A DNA stretch of 57,610 nucleotides, counting the filler, from Deltaproteobacteria bacterium (GTDB taxonomy: Bacteria; JAEEML01), in the NCBI GenBank assembly GCA_016283195.1. It is 3 parts of 3 records of this genome, joined end to end, with 100 filler letters (N's around TTAATTAATTAA, not from the genome) between each part and the next. Parts side by side here need not be neighbours in the genome. Positions count along the whole stretch, not along the records: positions 40,223 to 57,610 come from JAEEML010000140.1; 2 more parts are not named here. One strand, 5' to 3'. The translations under genes and the position numbers were made by a program. The notes below the pieces were generated by a model, which was given only the letters and a program-made list of their open reading frames with translations, was not told where the DNA came from and made no database searches. Numbering within the stretch: the stretch's first letter is position 1; each line of letters begins with the position of its first letter. This document shows positions 46,401-55,088 of the stretch, piece after piece.

Positions 46401-49400
46401 GCTATAGTGGCTTTGCCCTCCGGGCGCACTGTGGGATCCAGCTGATAATCTTTGACGAGACCCATCCATATTTCGGCTCTTTGCACGGAATCTATGCCGA
46501 GATCGGCCTCGAGTTCCAAATTATCTTCCAGCATTTCCAGCGGATAGCCGGTGCTCTCCACTAAGCGCTCTTTGACAAGCGTTGCCCACTCGGCTGCACT
46601 CTTAGCACTTGAGGCGCCCTCCGCCGCCGCTATAGTAGTATCTGGGGCGGCGGCGGAAGCAGGAGCTAAAGCCACCGGTTTGGCAGCAAAATTATCGGCT
46701 CTACTTTCCGGCATAGCTGCCTGACTAATAGCAACTGTATTCTGAGCACTCTGTCCCATAGGCAATGAAGCCCGCGCTGCCGGAGCGGCAGGAGCTTCAA
46801 GAGCAGCTAATTCACTAATATTTACAAATTGTTGCAAATAGCGCTGGCGCACTTCTTCCAATAAATGAAGCACCGCCGGTTCGCTGGCCCGCATATATTC
46901 CAAAAATTCGCTACTGAACATGCCAGGCAAATTCTTGCGATCGGCCGCCGAAGAGACATGGCCATAAACCATCATAATAGCCAAAGCGCGATTGAATATC
47001 TCGCGATCACCCAATTTGGGATGAATAGTGGGGAAAGCTATATGCTCACGGCCTTCCAAAATAGAATCCACCATTTTGCTGAGCGACCAACCGGGGCCAA
47101 CTTCTATATAATGGTGAGCGCCATTATCATATAACTTATTGATATCACGCACTAAATTAATCGGTGTAACCAGTTGTGAGCCCAAATGGCGAGCCAGTGA
47201 CTCACTATTCAAATTATCGGGCTCAATAAAGGCACCAGTAACTGTTGACAAAATCGGCACCAGCGGCTTTTCGCAAGGGAGGCGCGCAATATCGGCTTCA
47301 AAAGCAGCACGCACCGGCGCCATATAGGGCGAATGGAAAGCGGAAGCAATGGGGAGCAATTTGACATCAGCGCCCATAGCTTCGGCCTCGGGAATAATCT
47401 TTTTAATAGCCGCCAGATCACCGGCTACAATAAATCTTGTAGGCGCATTAATATTGGTAAGATATACTTTATCACCGGCTTTAGCCAAAATGGCATCGCG
47501 AACTTCCGCTGGGCATATCAGGCTAAGCATACCCAATTCTGGCCCACGTTTAGTAATCTCTTCGGTGGCTTTGATGCGGGCCACAATGGCTTTTAAAGCG
47601 GTTTCAAGAGACCAAACACCGGCAAAAGTCAAAGCCGAAATCTCACCAAAACTCTGGCCGATAAGATATCTGGGCTTTACTCCCATGGCCGTAAGCACCT
47701 GGGCCATGCCCTGCTCCACGGCAAAGAGCGAAAGCTGAGCGCCCACTAAAGAGCCCAGTTCTTTAACAATTTGCGGGTCATTGGGGTTACCGTAAATATG
47801 GGCCAAAAGGTCAAAACCAAATTCGGCCATAGTGAGCTCTTGGACTTCATCCAGCACAGCCCTAAATATTGGATTTTCTTCATAAAGGAAGCGCCCCATA
47901 CCAATATAATGCGTCCCTTGGCCGGGAAAACAGAAGGTAAGAGGCTCGCGGCTGTCATCATAAAGTGCCGCCATATATACGCCTTGGGCGGCCAGTGGTT
48001 TTAAATCGGCACCGGCCATGAGCATGCGGATCACCGTCATAAGTTTACTGCGCAATTCGTCTTGATCTTTAAAGCTGACAGCCAAACGGTGATTGGCCTT
48101 TAAACCTTCGGAGACAAAGAGCGGAATGGGTGATTTTTGCATGGCGTGGCCGATAGCCAGCGGCATATCTTCAAGGCGCTCGGAAACAGCCAAAAAGACA
48201 TTATTACCAGCAATATCATCGGCACGCATAGAGCTGCCCTGACGCTTGGTATAAGCTATAGCCGGAGTAGCGGAAGCAGCCTTTAAAAGAGCCAGTTTTC
48301 CGGCACCGGCAGGCGCTGCTGCCTCATTATTTTTAGGAGCCTCTTTTTTGCTCTCGTTTAGAGCTTCCGGAGTGCTGACAATAACTACATATTCCGCACC
48401 GCCAAGCCCCAGGCTGGTAACCGCACCGGAAGTCATTTTAGCTGACATATCAGTGGTTTGATTTATCGGCAAAGCTAGTTCTTTAGTGGCGCTTAGCTCC
48501 GGGCGCAGCTTTTCCAAATTGCGAATTCCCGGCGCTTTATGATTCTTTAAAGCTAGGACAGTGCTTAAAAGCGAAGTAGCGCCAGAACCGCCGTAAAGAT
48601 GGCCGACATGCGATTTAACCGCTGTGATATAAACAGGTTCATCGGACTTTTGCGGGCGGAATTTTTGGGCAATAACTTTAGCTTCCACAATATCGGAAAC
48701 TTTGTTACCACTGCCATGGGTCTCCACTACGCCAATAGTACTTGGATCAACATGGGCCTTTAAAAGGGCTTTATCGGCAGCATAACCAAGAGCAGCCTCG
48801 CTGGGAGCCACCAAACTCTTGCCATATACCTCGGAAGCTCCGCCAACATTGCGAATAACAGCCAGAATTTCATCACCATCGCGCTTGGCATCAGCCAGGC
48901 GTTTTAAGAGAAAAAAGACGCCGCCTTCACTGATTAAAAAGCCGTCGCCCCGCTCATCATAAGGGCGGGCCACCTCTTTGGCTACAGCCCCCAGAGCGCA
49001 AACTCCGCAAGTAAAGCTAAAGCTGGTCTGGCGATTAAGGCCGCCACTCAAAACCATATCAACATCGCCGAACATGAGCTGATACATGGCCGGAACCAAA
49101 GCAGCTACGCCCGATGAACAAGCAGTATCTATGGTAAAATTGGGGCCGATGCAGTTGAGCTTATTAGCCACCCGGCCGGCGGTAATATTGGCCATCCAAC
49201 CAGGAAGGGTATGCTCGGTTACGCGCGGGCTTTCGTCATGCACCTCTTTTTTAGCTACGTTAAGAGCCTTTTCCAAAAGATCGGCGCTGATTTCTCCGGC
49301 AGTGGCAGTATGGCTCAAAACATAATTATATTCGTCAGATACCATTGGCCGCTGAATGGTTGGATAATAATCATCATGCATAGAGCCCAGGCAGACAGCC

Positions 49401-51178
49401 ACATTCTTTTGCGCTTTAAATTCCAGCCCTTTCTGCTCAAAGAGGCGATCGGCCAAATCCAGAGCTAAAAACTGGGTGGGTGAAATTTGGTCAAAAGATT
49501 TGGGCAGCATCTTATAGCGCAGGCAATCCACCTTGTAATCATCAAGAGTAGCTACCATTTTGGTAGTAATACGCTCATTTTCCGGCCCGGCGTCCACATG
49601 CTCGCTCCAGGAGAGCTTTTTGGCATCAATCGGCTTAAAGACATCTTTGCCAGAAGATATATTTTGCCAAAAAGTATCGGGAGTTACCGCTCCTGGCAGG
49701 CGCACTGAGGTGCCCACAATAGCCATTTCGCGCGCTACTTCACGGCGGGGCGGCGGCATAGTATAACTTTCGCGCTGCTCTAAAATAGTATGGTAATTAG
49801 CTCCGCCAAAACCGCTGCTGGTAACAGCGGCATAGCGGCTGCCATCTTCCTGCGGCTGCCAGGGCAAGAGCTCGGTGGGCACTTTTAGCTTATCACAAGG
49901 CCGGGTAACCCGTGGCGTGAGCTCTTTAAAACGCGGCAAATGGGGCACTTTACCATGCTCCATAGCGAGAACCGCTTTAATAAGCCCGGCCACACCAGCC
50001 GCTGCTTTAAGGTGACCAATTTGCGCCTTAACGCTACCTAAATAGAGAGGATTACTGGATTTTCTCTTTTCATCGCGGCCATAAGCCATAGAGATGGCAT
50101 CATATTCATTAGCATCGCCGACAACAGTAGAAGTGGCGTGAGCTTCGATATATTGCACTTGATGCGGCTCAACTTCGGCATGGCGAAGAGCAGCCTTTAA
50201 AGCCCGCGCCCGCCCTTCGGCAGAAGGAGCATATATAGCTTGGCCGGAACCATCGCTGGAGGAACCGATGCCGCGAATAACAGCATGAATTTTGTTGCCG
50301 TCTCTTAGGGCATCTTCCAGGCGCTTTAAAACCACAATACCGCAGCCTTCACCGATAACAAGGCCGTTGGCCGAGGCGTCAAAGGGGTTGCTCCAGCCAT
50401 TGGGGCTAAGACCGCCAACTTTAGAAAAGCCAATATAAATCGCCGGGTTAGTGCCAAGATCCGTACCACCGGTAACCGCTATGTTGGCATCGCCGGCCAT
50501 AAGAGCCTGGCAGGCAATATCCAGAGCCACAAAAGATGAACCGCAAGCGGCATCCACCGTCATATTAAAGCCGTGAATACCAAAAACCTGCGCCACACGG
50601 TTAGATACCGATGAAGGCACCGCCCCAACCGCCGCTATGGAAGAGTTCCAAACGTGGCCGTGGCTCTTGATCCCAGCGGTAAAATCATCGAAAAGGCGGT
50701 TAATAATATGTTCCGGAACACCGCCGGCTCTAAGTTCACGACTTACTTTATTAAAATAGTGCTGCCGGTCCAAAAAGGCCGTGGCATGAGCAAAGCCGTC
50801 AACGCCGCTACTGCCGATAACGGTAACGCCCTCTTTCAGCTCCGGAGAAAAGAAGTCCAGACCGGCATCTCTTAAAGCCTCTTTGGTGGCTTCCAAAGTA
50901 ATGGGCTGCGCCGGATCCACTTCCTGCATAGCTCTTGGCGGCAAGCGGTATTCCTTATAAGGAAATTCAAAACCGGAAATAAAAGCCCCCATCATGGTGT
51001 AAGTTTTACCTTCCGCCTTCTGATCGGGGTTATAATAGTGCCGCATATGCCAAATAGACTCTGGCATTTCCTTTATATATGAATCACCGCTGACTATATT
51101 TTCCCAATATTTACGGACATTATTGGCCTCAGGCACAACACAGCCCATACCTATAATGGCGATATCGTAACGCGCCAT
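43475..51178 (-). CDS. Type I polyketide/fatty-acid synthase, probably iterative: KS-KS-AT-ACP-ACP-KR-DH
   Basis: KS1 DAACGSS/EAHATS/GHL; KS2 DTACSSG/ETHGSG/GHL; AT FPGQG, GQSFG, AFHS; two LGIDS ACPs; KR TGGARGI, HGAG, YALSN; DH HRVQLKPVAP and DMAVQ. Confidence 0.93.
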   Translation of the reverse strand: MARYDIAIIGMGCVVPEANNVRKYWENIVSGDSYIKEMPESIWHMRHYYNPDQKAEGKTYTMMGAFISGFEFPYKEYRLPPRAMQEVDPAQPITLEATKEALRDAGLDFFSPELKEGVTVIGSSGVDGFAHATAFLDRQHYFNKVSRELRAGGVPEHIINRLFDDFTAGIKSHGHVWNSSIAAVGAVPSSVSNRVAQVFGIHGFNMTVDAACGSSFVALDIACQALMAGDANIAVTGGTDLGTNPAIYIGFSKVGGLSPNGWSNPFDASANGLVIGEGCGIVVLKRLEDALRDGNKIHAVIRGIGSSSDGSGQAIYAPSAEGRARALKAALRHAEVEPHQVQYIEAHATSTVVGDANEYDAISMAYGRDEKRKSSNPLYLGSVKAQIGHLKAAAGVAGLIKAVLAMEHGKVPHLPRFKELTPRVTRPCDKLKVPTELLPWQPQEDGSRYAAVTSSGFGGANYHTILEQRESYTMPPPRREVAREMAIVGTSVRLPGAVTPDTFWQNISSGKDVFKPIDAKKLSWSEHVDAGPENERITTKMVATLDDYKVDCLRYKMLPKSFDQISPTQFLALDLADRLFEQKGLEFKAQKNVAVCLGSMHDDYYPTIQRPMVSDEYNYVLSHTATAGEISADLLEKALNVAKKEVHDESPRVTEHTLPGWMANITAGRVANKLNCIGPNFTIDTACSSGVAALVPAMYQLMFGDVDMVLSGGLNRQTSFSFTCGVCALGAVAKEVARPYDERGDGFLISEGGVFFLLKRLADAKRDGDEILAVIRNVGGASEVYGKSLVAPSEAALGYAADKALLKAHVDPSTIGVVETHGSGNKVSDIVEAKVIAQKFRPQKSDEPVYITAVKSHVGHLYGGSGATSLLSTVLALKNHKAPGIRNLEKLRPELSATKELALPINQTTDMSAKMTSGAVTSLGLGGAEYVVIVSTPEALNESKKEAPKNNEAAAPAGAGKLALLKAASATPAIAYTKRQGSSMRADDIAGNNVFLAVSERLEDMPLAIGHAMQKSPIPLFVSEGLKANHRLAVSFKDQDELRSKLMTVIRMLMAGADLKPLAAQGVYMAALYDDSREPLTFCFPGQGTHYIGMGRFLYEENPIFRAVLDEVQELTMAEFGFDLLAHIYGNPNDPQIVKELGSLVGAQLSLFAVEQGMAQVLTAMGVKPRYLIGQSFGEISALTFAGVWSLETALKAIVARIKATEEITKRGPELGMLSLICPAEVRDAILAKAGDKVYLTNINAPTRFIVAGDLAAIKKIIPEAEAMGADVKLLPIASAFHSPYMAPVRAAFEADIARLPCEKPLVPILSTVTGAFIEPDNLNSESLARHLGSQLVTPINLVRDINKLYDNGAHHYIEVGPGWSLSKMVDSILEGREHIAFPTIHPKLGDREIFNRALAIMMVYGHVSSAADRKNLPGMFSSEFLEYMRASEPAVLHLLEEVRQRYLQQFVNISELAALEAPAAPAARASLPMGQSAQNTVAISQAAMPESRADNFAAKPVALAPASAAAPDTTIAAAEGASSAKSAAEWATLVKERLVESTGYPLEMLEDNLELEADLGIDSVQRAEIWMGLVKDYQLDPTVRPEGKATIAAMAEGLEKAGRGGATQAANVGAAAGQAAAGSAAAQAIAPAAAISAAAPDTTIAAAESASSAKSAAEWASLVKERLVESTGYPLEMLEDNLELEADLGIDSVQRAEIWMGLVKDYQLDPTVRPEGKATIAAMAAGLEKAGRGAAAETAPASAAARPLVAPLADRAKPLSAEPFTLPERHKEALLKSPNQLFVSTAVPVEPGDLIPQKCRKVLIIVSTRKPWVGKFVSQIEAQKIKTTVIKTAELLNNSSVQLGAMVKDHDTIIYAAHRDLYSQKGQGQELVTAILKETSTIYDVFKALAPELQKQARRVIVPIAMDGAFGSEGAYDALVASFPAGFVRCLRREITTSSFLLLDGGDNWIDALKSVLPYESKSFELGYSQYGLVKPVLTKLGASREYRPILERDDTLVVTGGARGIVFECVLALAEATGCRLVLTGRTKLLRGESWLSTPKENLDTYLRNFEMNLVRNKEVANLGEAKRRSAAMRTEWEVNNNLERAAALGISAEYRRIDVTDSVEFTAFLKEIDAKYGIKGIVHGAGVQKSHLLADLSDEQITATLRTKLSPMLDIIATLDIGKLKLLSVFSSIAGLFGNAGQTDYALSNDLLDSFTRWLAARYPNLAARSIQWTAWVGTGMVTAAEAKRFAESGLVPLDVPSGVALYMNGVTGSNWQVLSALNAASAFADTRPILPLASSARPRSALLEAQPGDGNAVANFVSSEDVYLEQHRVQLKPVAPGTFIAEIFAEAAKKTGFVLGNIHIRRPLWVREENFAVEVVRNGDELVLLPKERPNLPEKALLNLSYASAKLLPREENTPASQLKALPKEIKQLAKEAQSAEVTFYQLLDSHFSSSLKTGPIFRGIKALTFDNDSCLALMVLTESARALINLPSEMVIDPVMADMAVQAAAAWVMQVKNVMAVPYEFGLMQSHAPVSTKEAICILKLYQMDIDGATMDVAVREPGGRLLFTIDKLVLKTIGQAE
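45978..46658. repeat. Intragenic 294-bp direct repeat encoding the two ACP domains (45978-46271 and 46365-46658)
   Basis: Manual alignment gives about 14 mismatches in 294 nt; offset 387 nt (in frame). Confidence 0.92.
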
Positions 51179-51244
51179 AGTATTTCCTCTCTATGTGAGA
51201 TCAAGATGCAGCTTCAGTAAAATAAGGCCGCAAATTACAGCTAT

Positions 51245-51273
51245 CATCTAGTCAATTTAATAAACCATGTCAA
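51245..51273 (-). promoter_or_regulatory. Putative sigma70 promoter for the PKS
   Basis: Minus strand TTGACA-N17-TAGATG in the 99-nt gap upstream of the PKS start. Confidence 0.45.
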
Positions 51274-51277
51274 CAGG

Positions 51278-53221
51278 CTATTGGTATTGCTGCCATCCCC
51301 CGCCACAGCTAAACATATAAGTCCGCCCGGCCAAAGGATATTGCAAGGCGTCAACAGCATCGCGCTTATTTAAAAGATTATCCACCCAAAAGGCGCAGCG
51401 CAGGCCAAAGGGGAAGCGGCCATCAAGCCCCAGAGAAAGTAAAATGCGCCCCTCCTCAATAAGATTATTCAGGCGATCCAAAACCATGCGGCTCTGATAA
51501 TTGCCTCTAGTCCAAGGGGTCAAAATAATGTCCCTGTCTTTGCCAAAGGACCAAACAGTTATATCGTAACCCAATTTAAAGGCCCCTTTGTGTCGCGGAT
51601 GGCCGGGAAGTTCCAAGCCGCCGTTTAAACCGAAACGAGTAACAGTATAGCTATAACTCGCCGCCCAGGTGAGGTACCACTTTCCGGAAAATTCCGCCTC
51701 AAAACCGTAAGCGCGGCTTTTAGGAAAATTCTGCGCCTCAATCAGCGAGGCCGTAACCGGCACAAAAAGGATAATATTTTCCTGAAAGCGATGGAAAGCG
51801 GCCAGCTCAGCTCTAAGCTTTTTATGTTTTAAAAAAAGGCCGCCGGAAATTTCCCAGGAGCTCTCTTCTTTTAAATCAGGATTGGGCCTTAGCCCCTCCT
51901 GAAAGAGGTAAAGCTCATAAAAAGAGGGGAAACGCACACCGCGTCCTCCTTTAATAAATATTGATATTTCTTCTATTTTTTCTTTATCTTTTACAAATTT
52001 CCAGCGCACTCCGCCATCCGGCAAAAATTTTAACAGCTCATTTGTGCCGCCAATGGCCAGAGCCAGGTTAAAAAGTAAACGCTCTCTAAAAAAATTCAGG
52101 CGGTCAAAAACAGTCAGATGGTATTCAAAGCGACCGGTTTTTAAATAACTGCCTCCGGCTAAGAGCTGCGTTGTTCCGAACTGGGCATTTAAACCGAGAC
52201 GCTGTGTTTTATGGGGCGCAAAATCGGCGCCTAAATCCAGCCTGGCGCTTATAAGGCGGTCTAAATTATTCTGCTTTTTGCCAAAAGCCGGATGCTCATC
52301 CACAAAATGGAGGCGCTCAAAACTATAATAGCCGTTTACTGTAAAACGGGGGGTATAACGAAGCGCCGGGCGTAAATTCAGATTGGTGCCGATAATATGT
52401 TTAAAAGTGCTTTGCCGGGCAGTAAAGCTCTCCAGCTGATTGGGGCCGGGCAGGCCGCGCTTCCCGGCCGTAAGATGAGTAAATGCCTTAAAACGGCTCT
52501 GGCCGCGCAGCTTTTGGCCAATAGTCAGAGTGGCTCCCAGCTGACGGCCGTCGTTATTGGTGCGCAGGCGCTTAAGACCGTTATCATCAAGATAAGCAAA
52601 ATCGCCCTGCCAGCGCCGTGCTCCCAGGCTAATCTGGACCCCGCCGCTTTGCCAAAAAAAGCGCCCGCTACCGCTTAGGGCAACGGTGCCCAAAGAGCCG
52701 GCGGTAAGTTCGATATCCACCTTATTTTTTTTGTTTTCTGCGGCAAAAAGGTCGGAGCCGAAAAGTTCTACGCTACCGGCCATGGCTCCGCTGCCGTAAA
52801 GCGCTCCCTCCCCGCCGCGCAGCACCATAAATTCACTTAAATCGCCAAATAAAAAGAGGCTCAAATCGGCGCCGCCACCCAGGGCGGAATTGAGCGGCAC
52901 TCCATTATATAATATAAGTAGCTGCTCCGCCGAAGCTCCCCGCAAAGTCAAAATCTGCCTTTGCCCCGGGCCAAGAGAATTAGCTCCCAGCCCGGCCACC
53001 TCTTTTAACTGGGCCATAAAACGCGTTGGCTCCGCACTTTCTACTTTTTCGGCTCTTAGCGAAGTGACGCTGTGACGATAGCTCTCTTCCTCAAGCTCCG
53101 CCGGGGCCTCGGCTGTCACCGTGATGGTTTCGCTATAGCTAAAAGGCTCTTCACTGGCCGCATCAGCCGCAGTCTGAGCCAAACCAATTATGTTGATTAA
53201 AAGAGGGAAAAGCGCCAGCAC
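51278..53221 (-). CDS. TonB-dependent outer-membrane receptor (BtuB-like)
   Basis: Signal peptide, TonB box ETITVTA, plug LRGA..EQ....NGVPLN and RGG.GALYGSGAMAG, PSF.ELY, NPDLKEE, NLLN, GRTY. Confidence 0.9.
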   Translation of the reverse strand: MLALFPLLINIIGLAQTAADAASEEPFSYSETITVTAEAPAELEEESYRHSVTSLRAEKVESAEPTRFMAQLKEVAGLGANSLGPGQRQILTLRGASAEQLLILYNGVPLNSALGGGADLSLFLFGDLSEFMVLRGGEGALYGSGAMAGSVELFGSDLFAAENKKNKVDIELTAGSLGTVALSGSGRFFWQSGGVQISLGARRWQGDFAYLDDNGLKRLRTNNDGRQLGATLTIGQKLRGQSRFKAFTHLTAGKRGLPGPNQLESFTARQSTFKHIIGTNLNLRPALRYTPRFTVNGYYSFERLHFVDEHPAFGKKQNNLDRLISARLDLGADFAPHKTQRLGLNAQFGTTQLLAGGSYLKTGRFEYHLTVFDRLNFFRERLLFNLALAIGGTNELLKFLPDGGVRWKFVKDKEKIEEISIFIKGGRGVRFPSFYELYLFQEGLRPNPDLKEESSWEISGGLFLKHKKLRAELAAFHRFQENIILFVPVTASLIEAQNFPKSRAYGFEAEFSGKWYLTWAASYSYTVTRFGLNGGLELPGHPRHKGAFKLGYDITVWSFGKDRDIILTPWTRGNYQSRMVLDRLNNLIEEGRILLSLGLDGRFPFGLRCAFWVDNLLNKRDAVDALQYPLAGRTYMFSCGGGWQQYQ

Positions 53222-53228
53222 TATATTA

Positions 53229-54053
53229 TTAAGCGTGTTCCAGATTGCGATTTAGAGCCTTCATTTGCGCGGTGGTGGCCGTCTCTACTTTGATAGATCT
53301 GATAGCCGCATTTAAAGCTTCGCTATCGCCGCTTTCATCGGCCAGCGCCTTTTCCAAACCGAGTTTTAGATCTTTGGCTTCATCGCGGATTAGTTTTAAT
53401 TGATCGAGGTAGTTAGTCTCTTGTTCTTTTAATTCGGCCATATTCTTTTGGCGATTTTGGACACTAGAGAGGCGGGTTTCCAGCACTGATTTATTACCGC
53501 TGCCGCTTGCCAACTCGGCATTAAGCGCCGCTTCTTCTGCGGCTAGTTTGGCTTCATCTTCCTGAGAAAGAGCCTGGCTAATAGTAGCTAAAGCCTTGGA
53601 TATGGCCGCGCTTTGCTCGCGGAGTTTGCCAATAGCCTCATCTACCTGCTCGCGCCGTTCCGGCATTTTGGCGGCACTGGCGGCCAGAGCTGTAAGAGCG
53701 GCGTTTACTTCCTGGCTCAAATCACCGAGCTGACCGAGTTTCTTTTTCACCCCCAGGCCCTGGCCTTTACCGGGGTTGGCATCCAGCTCGGCAATGCGCT
53801 TTTTATCCATCATGTCGCTATGATTAAAAGAATAGCGGAGGAATGCCCCCGCACCAACTTCAAGAGCCAGCAGCATAGTGGTAATTATAATCCATATCAA
53901 ACCAAATCCTATGGTTAATCCCACTATGCCACAGGCACCGATGGTAACCACCAGACCGGCCATCCAGGCCACTTTGGCAAATTTGCGCATTGTCTTACGA
54001 GATTCAATAACCTGACGCAAGCGATCCTGTTCTGTTGTTCTTTCAGCCATCAT
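53229..54053 (-). CDS. Hypothetical membrane protein with long coiled coil
   Basis: Two N-terminal hydrophobic segments followed by a heptad-rich helical region; 7 nt upstream of the receptor gene. Confidence 0.75.
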   Translation of the reverse strand: MMAERTTEQDRLRQVIESRKTMRKFAKVAWMAGLVVTIGACGIVGLTIGFGLIWIIITTMLLALEVGAGAFLRYSFNHSDMMDKKRIAELDANPGKGQGLGVKKKLGQLGDLSQEVNAALTALAASAAKMPERREQVDEAIGKLREQSAAISKALATISQALSQEDEAKLAAEEAALNAELASGSGNKSVLETRLSSVQNRQKNMAELKEQETNYLDQLKLIRDEAKDLKLGLEKALADESGDSEALNAAIRSIKVETATTAQMKALNRNLEHA

Positions 54054-54243
54054 CCGCTCCTTATATATTTATTATGCAATGGTTACTTGCCAATGCTGTC
54101 CGCTAAGTAGTAATCACATTGGCTTTTGTCTGCAACCAATTTTTTAAATTTAGCCAAAGTAGAGCCTTAAAAACGGCCGCTTTTTTGACTAAAAAAAGCA
54201 CTGACCTATATTTTAGGCGATGTTTTTCTTTGGGAGGGGAACC

Positions 54244-55065
54244 ATGAAAACAACTATCGCCGATTTCACCAAAGCCTATAGCCTTATGTATGGACCGACC
54301 GGCGAAAGCCCGGCCACGCTTTTAAAACGGCTATCAAGCCAGGATTTAAAGAAAACATTCCGCCACAAAGCCATGGAATGTCACCCGGACAGAGCCAGTA
54401 TCAACCATGCCGATTCGGCAAAACTTGATAATAATTTCAAGGAGATAAATTGGGCTTACCAAGTTTTAAAAGAGGCTCTTGAAAATAGCTCGGCCCTCTT
54501 TGCCGCCCCGGCGCCGCAGCCGGCCGCAGCGGCCACTACTTACGGTGCCCAGGCCGGTTACAGCTATGGCTACGCTTATAATTACGGTTACCCACACAAT
54601 TATAATTATGCTCATAGCAGCACAGCCCAGGCAGCTTATAACAGTTATTCGCAAGCCAAACCGGCCGATGACCATTTTTGGTGCGGCGCCATGCCCAAAC
54701 AGCGCCTGCCCTTTGGCCAGTTTTTATATTATAGTGGCAAAATTTCCTGGAATACCCTTTTGGAAGCCCTCGATTGGCAGGAAAATCAGCGCCCCAAATT
54801 CGGGCAAATCGCTCTTGAGGGGCAGCTTCTCTCCCCCGGCGCTTTAAGCCGCCTTTTGAGCCATCGCTATCGCGGCGAAAAAATCGGCGATGCGGCCATG
54901 CGCCTGGGCTACCTCTCGCCGCGCATGAAAGAGGCCGTTTTAAATATCCAAAAACATCGCCAACCGGCCCTCGGGCAATATTTTTTAGATCGCGGGCTTC
55001 TAAGCCAAGAAGAACTGGGCCGCTGCCTTTGGCAGCAGCGTCAGCACAACAACATGGCAGTATAA
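54244..55065 (+). CDS. J-domain (DnaJ) protein with C-terminal MshEN-like repeats
   Basis: Start 54244 after GGGAGGGG; LKK.FR.KA..CHPD...FKEINWAYQVL; four (F/I/L)G....G.(I/L)S...L..(L)..Q repeats. Confidence 0.82.
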   Translation: MKTTIADFTKAYSLMYGPTGESPATLLKRLSSQDLKKTFRHKAMECHPDRASINHADSAKLDNNFKEINWAYQVLKEALENSSALFAAPAPQPAAAATTYGAQAGYSYGYAYNYGYPHNYNYAHSSTAQAAYNSYSQAKPADDHFWCGAMPKQRLPFGQFLYYSGKISWNTLLEALDWQENQRPKFGQIALEGQLLSPGALSRLLSHRYRGEKIGDAAMRLGYLSPRMKEAVLNIQKHRQPALGQYFLDRGLLSQEELGRCLWQQRQHNNMAV

Positions 55066-55088
55066 CTTGCTGAATTTTAGGGAAAATA

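Noticed and set aside
43475-51178. Calling the PKS pfaA or an enediyne pksE
   Set aside because: It has an extra intact KS, no neighbouring pfaB/C/D, no C-terminal PPTase and no recognisable enediyne cassette genes, so no gene symbol was assigned.
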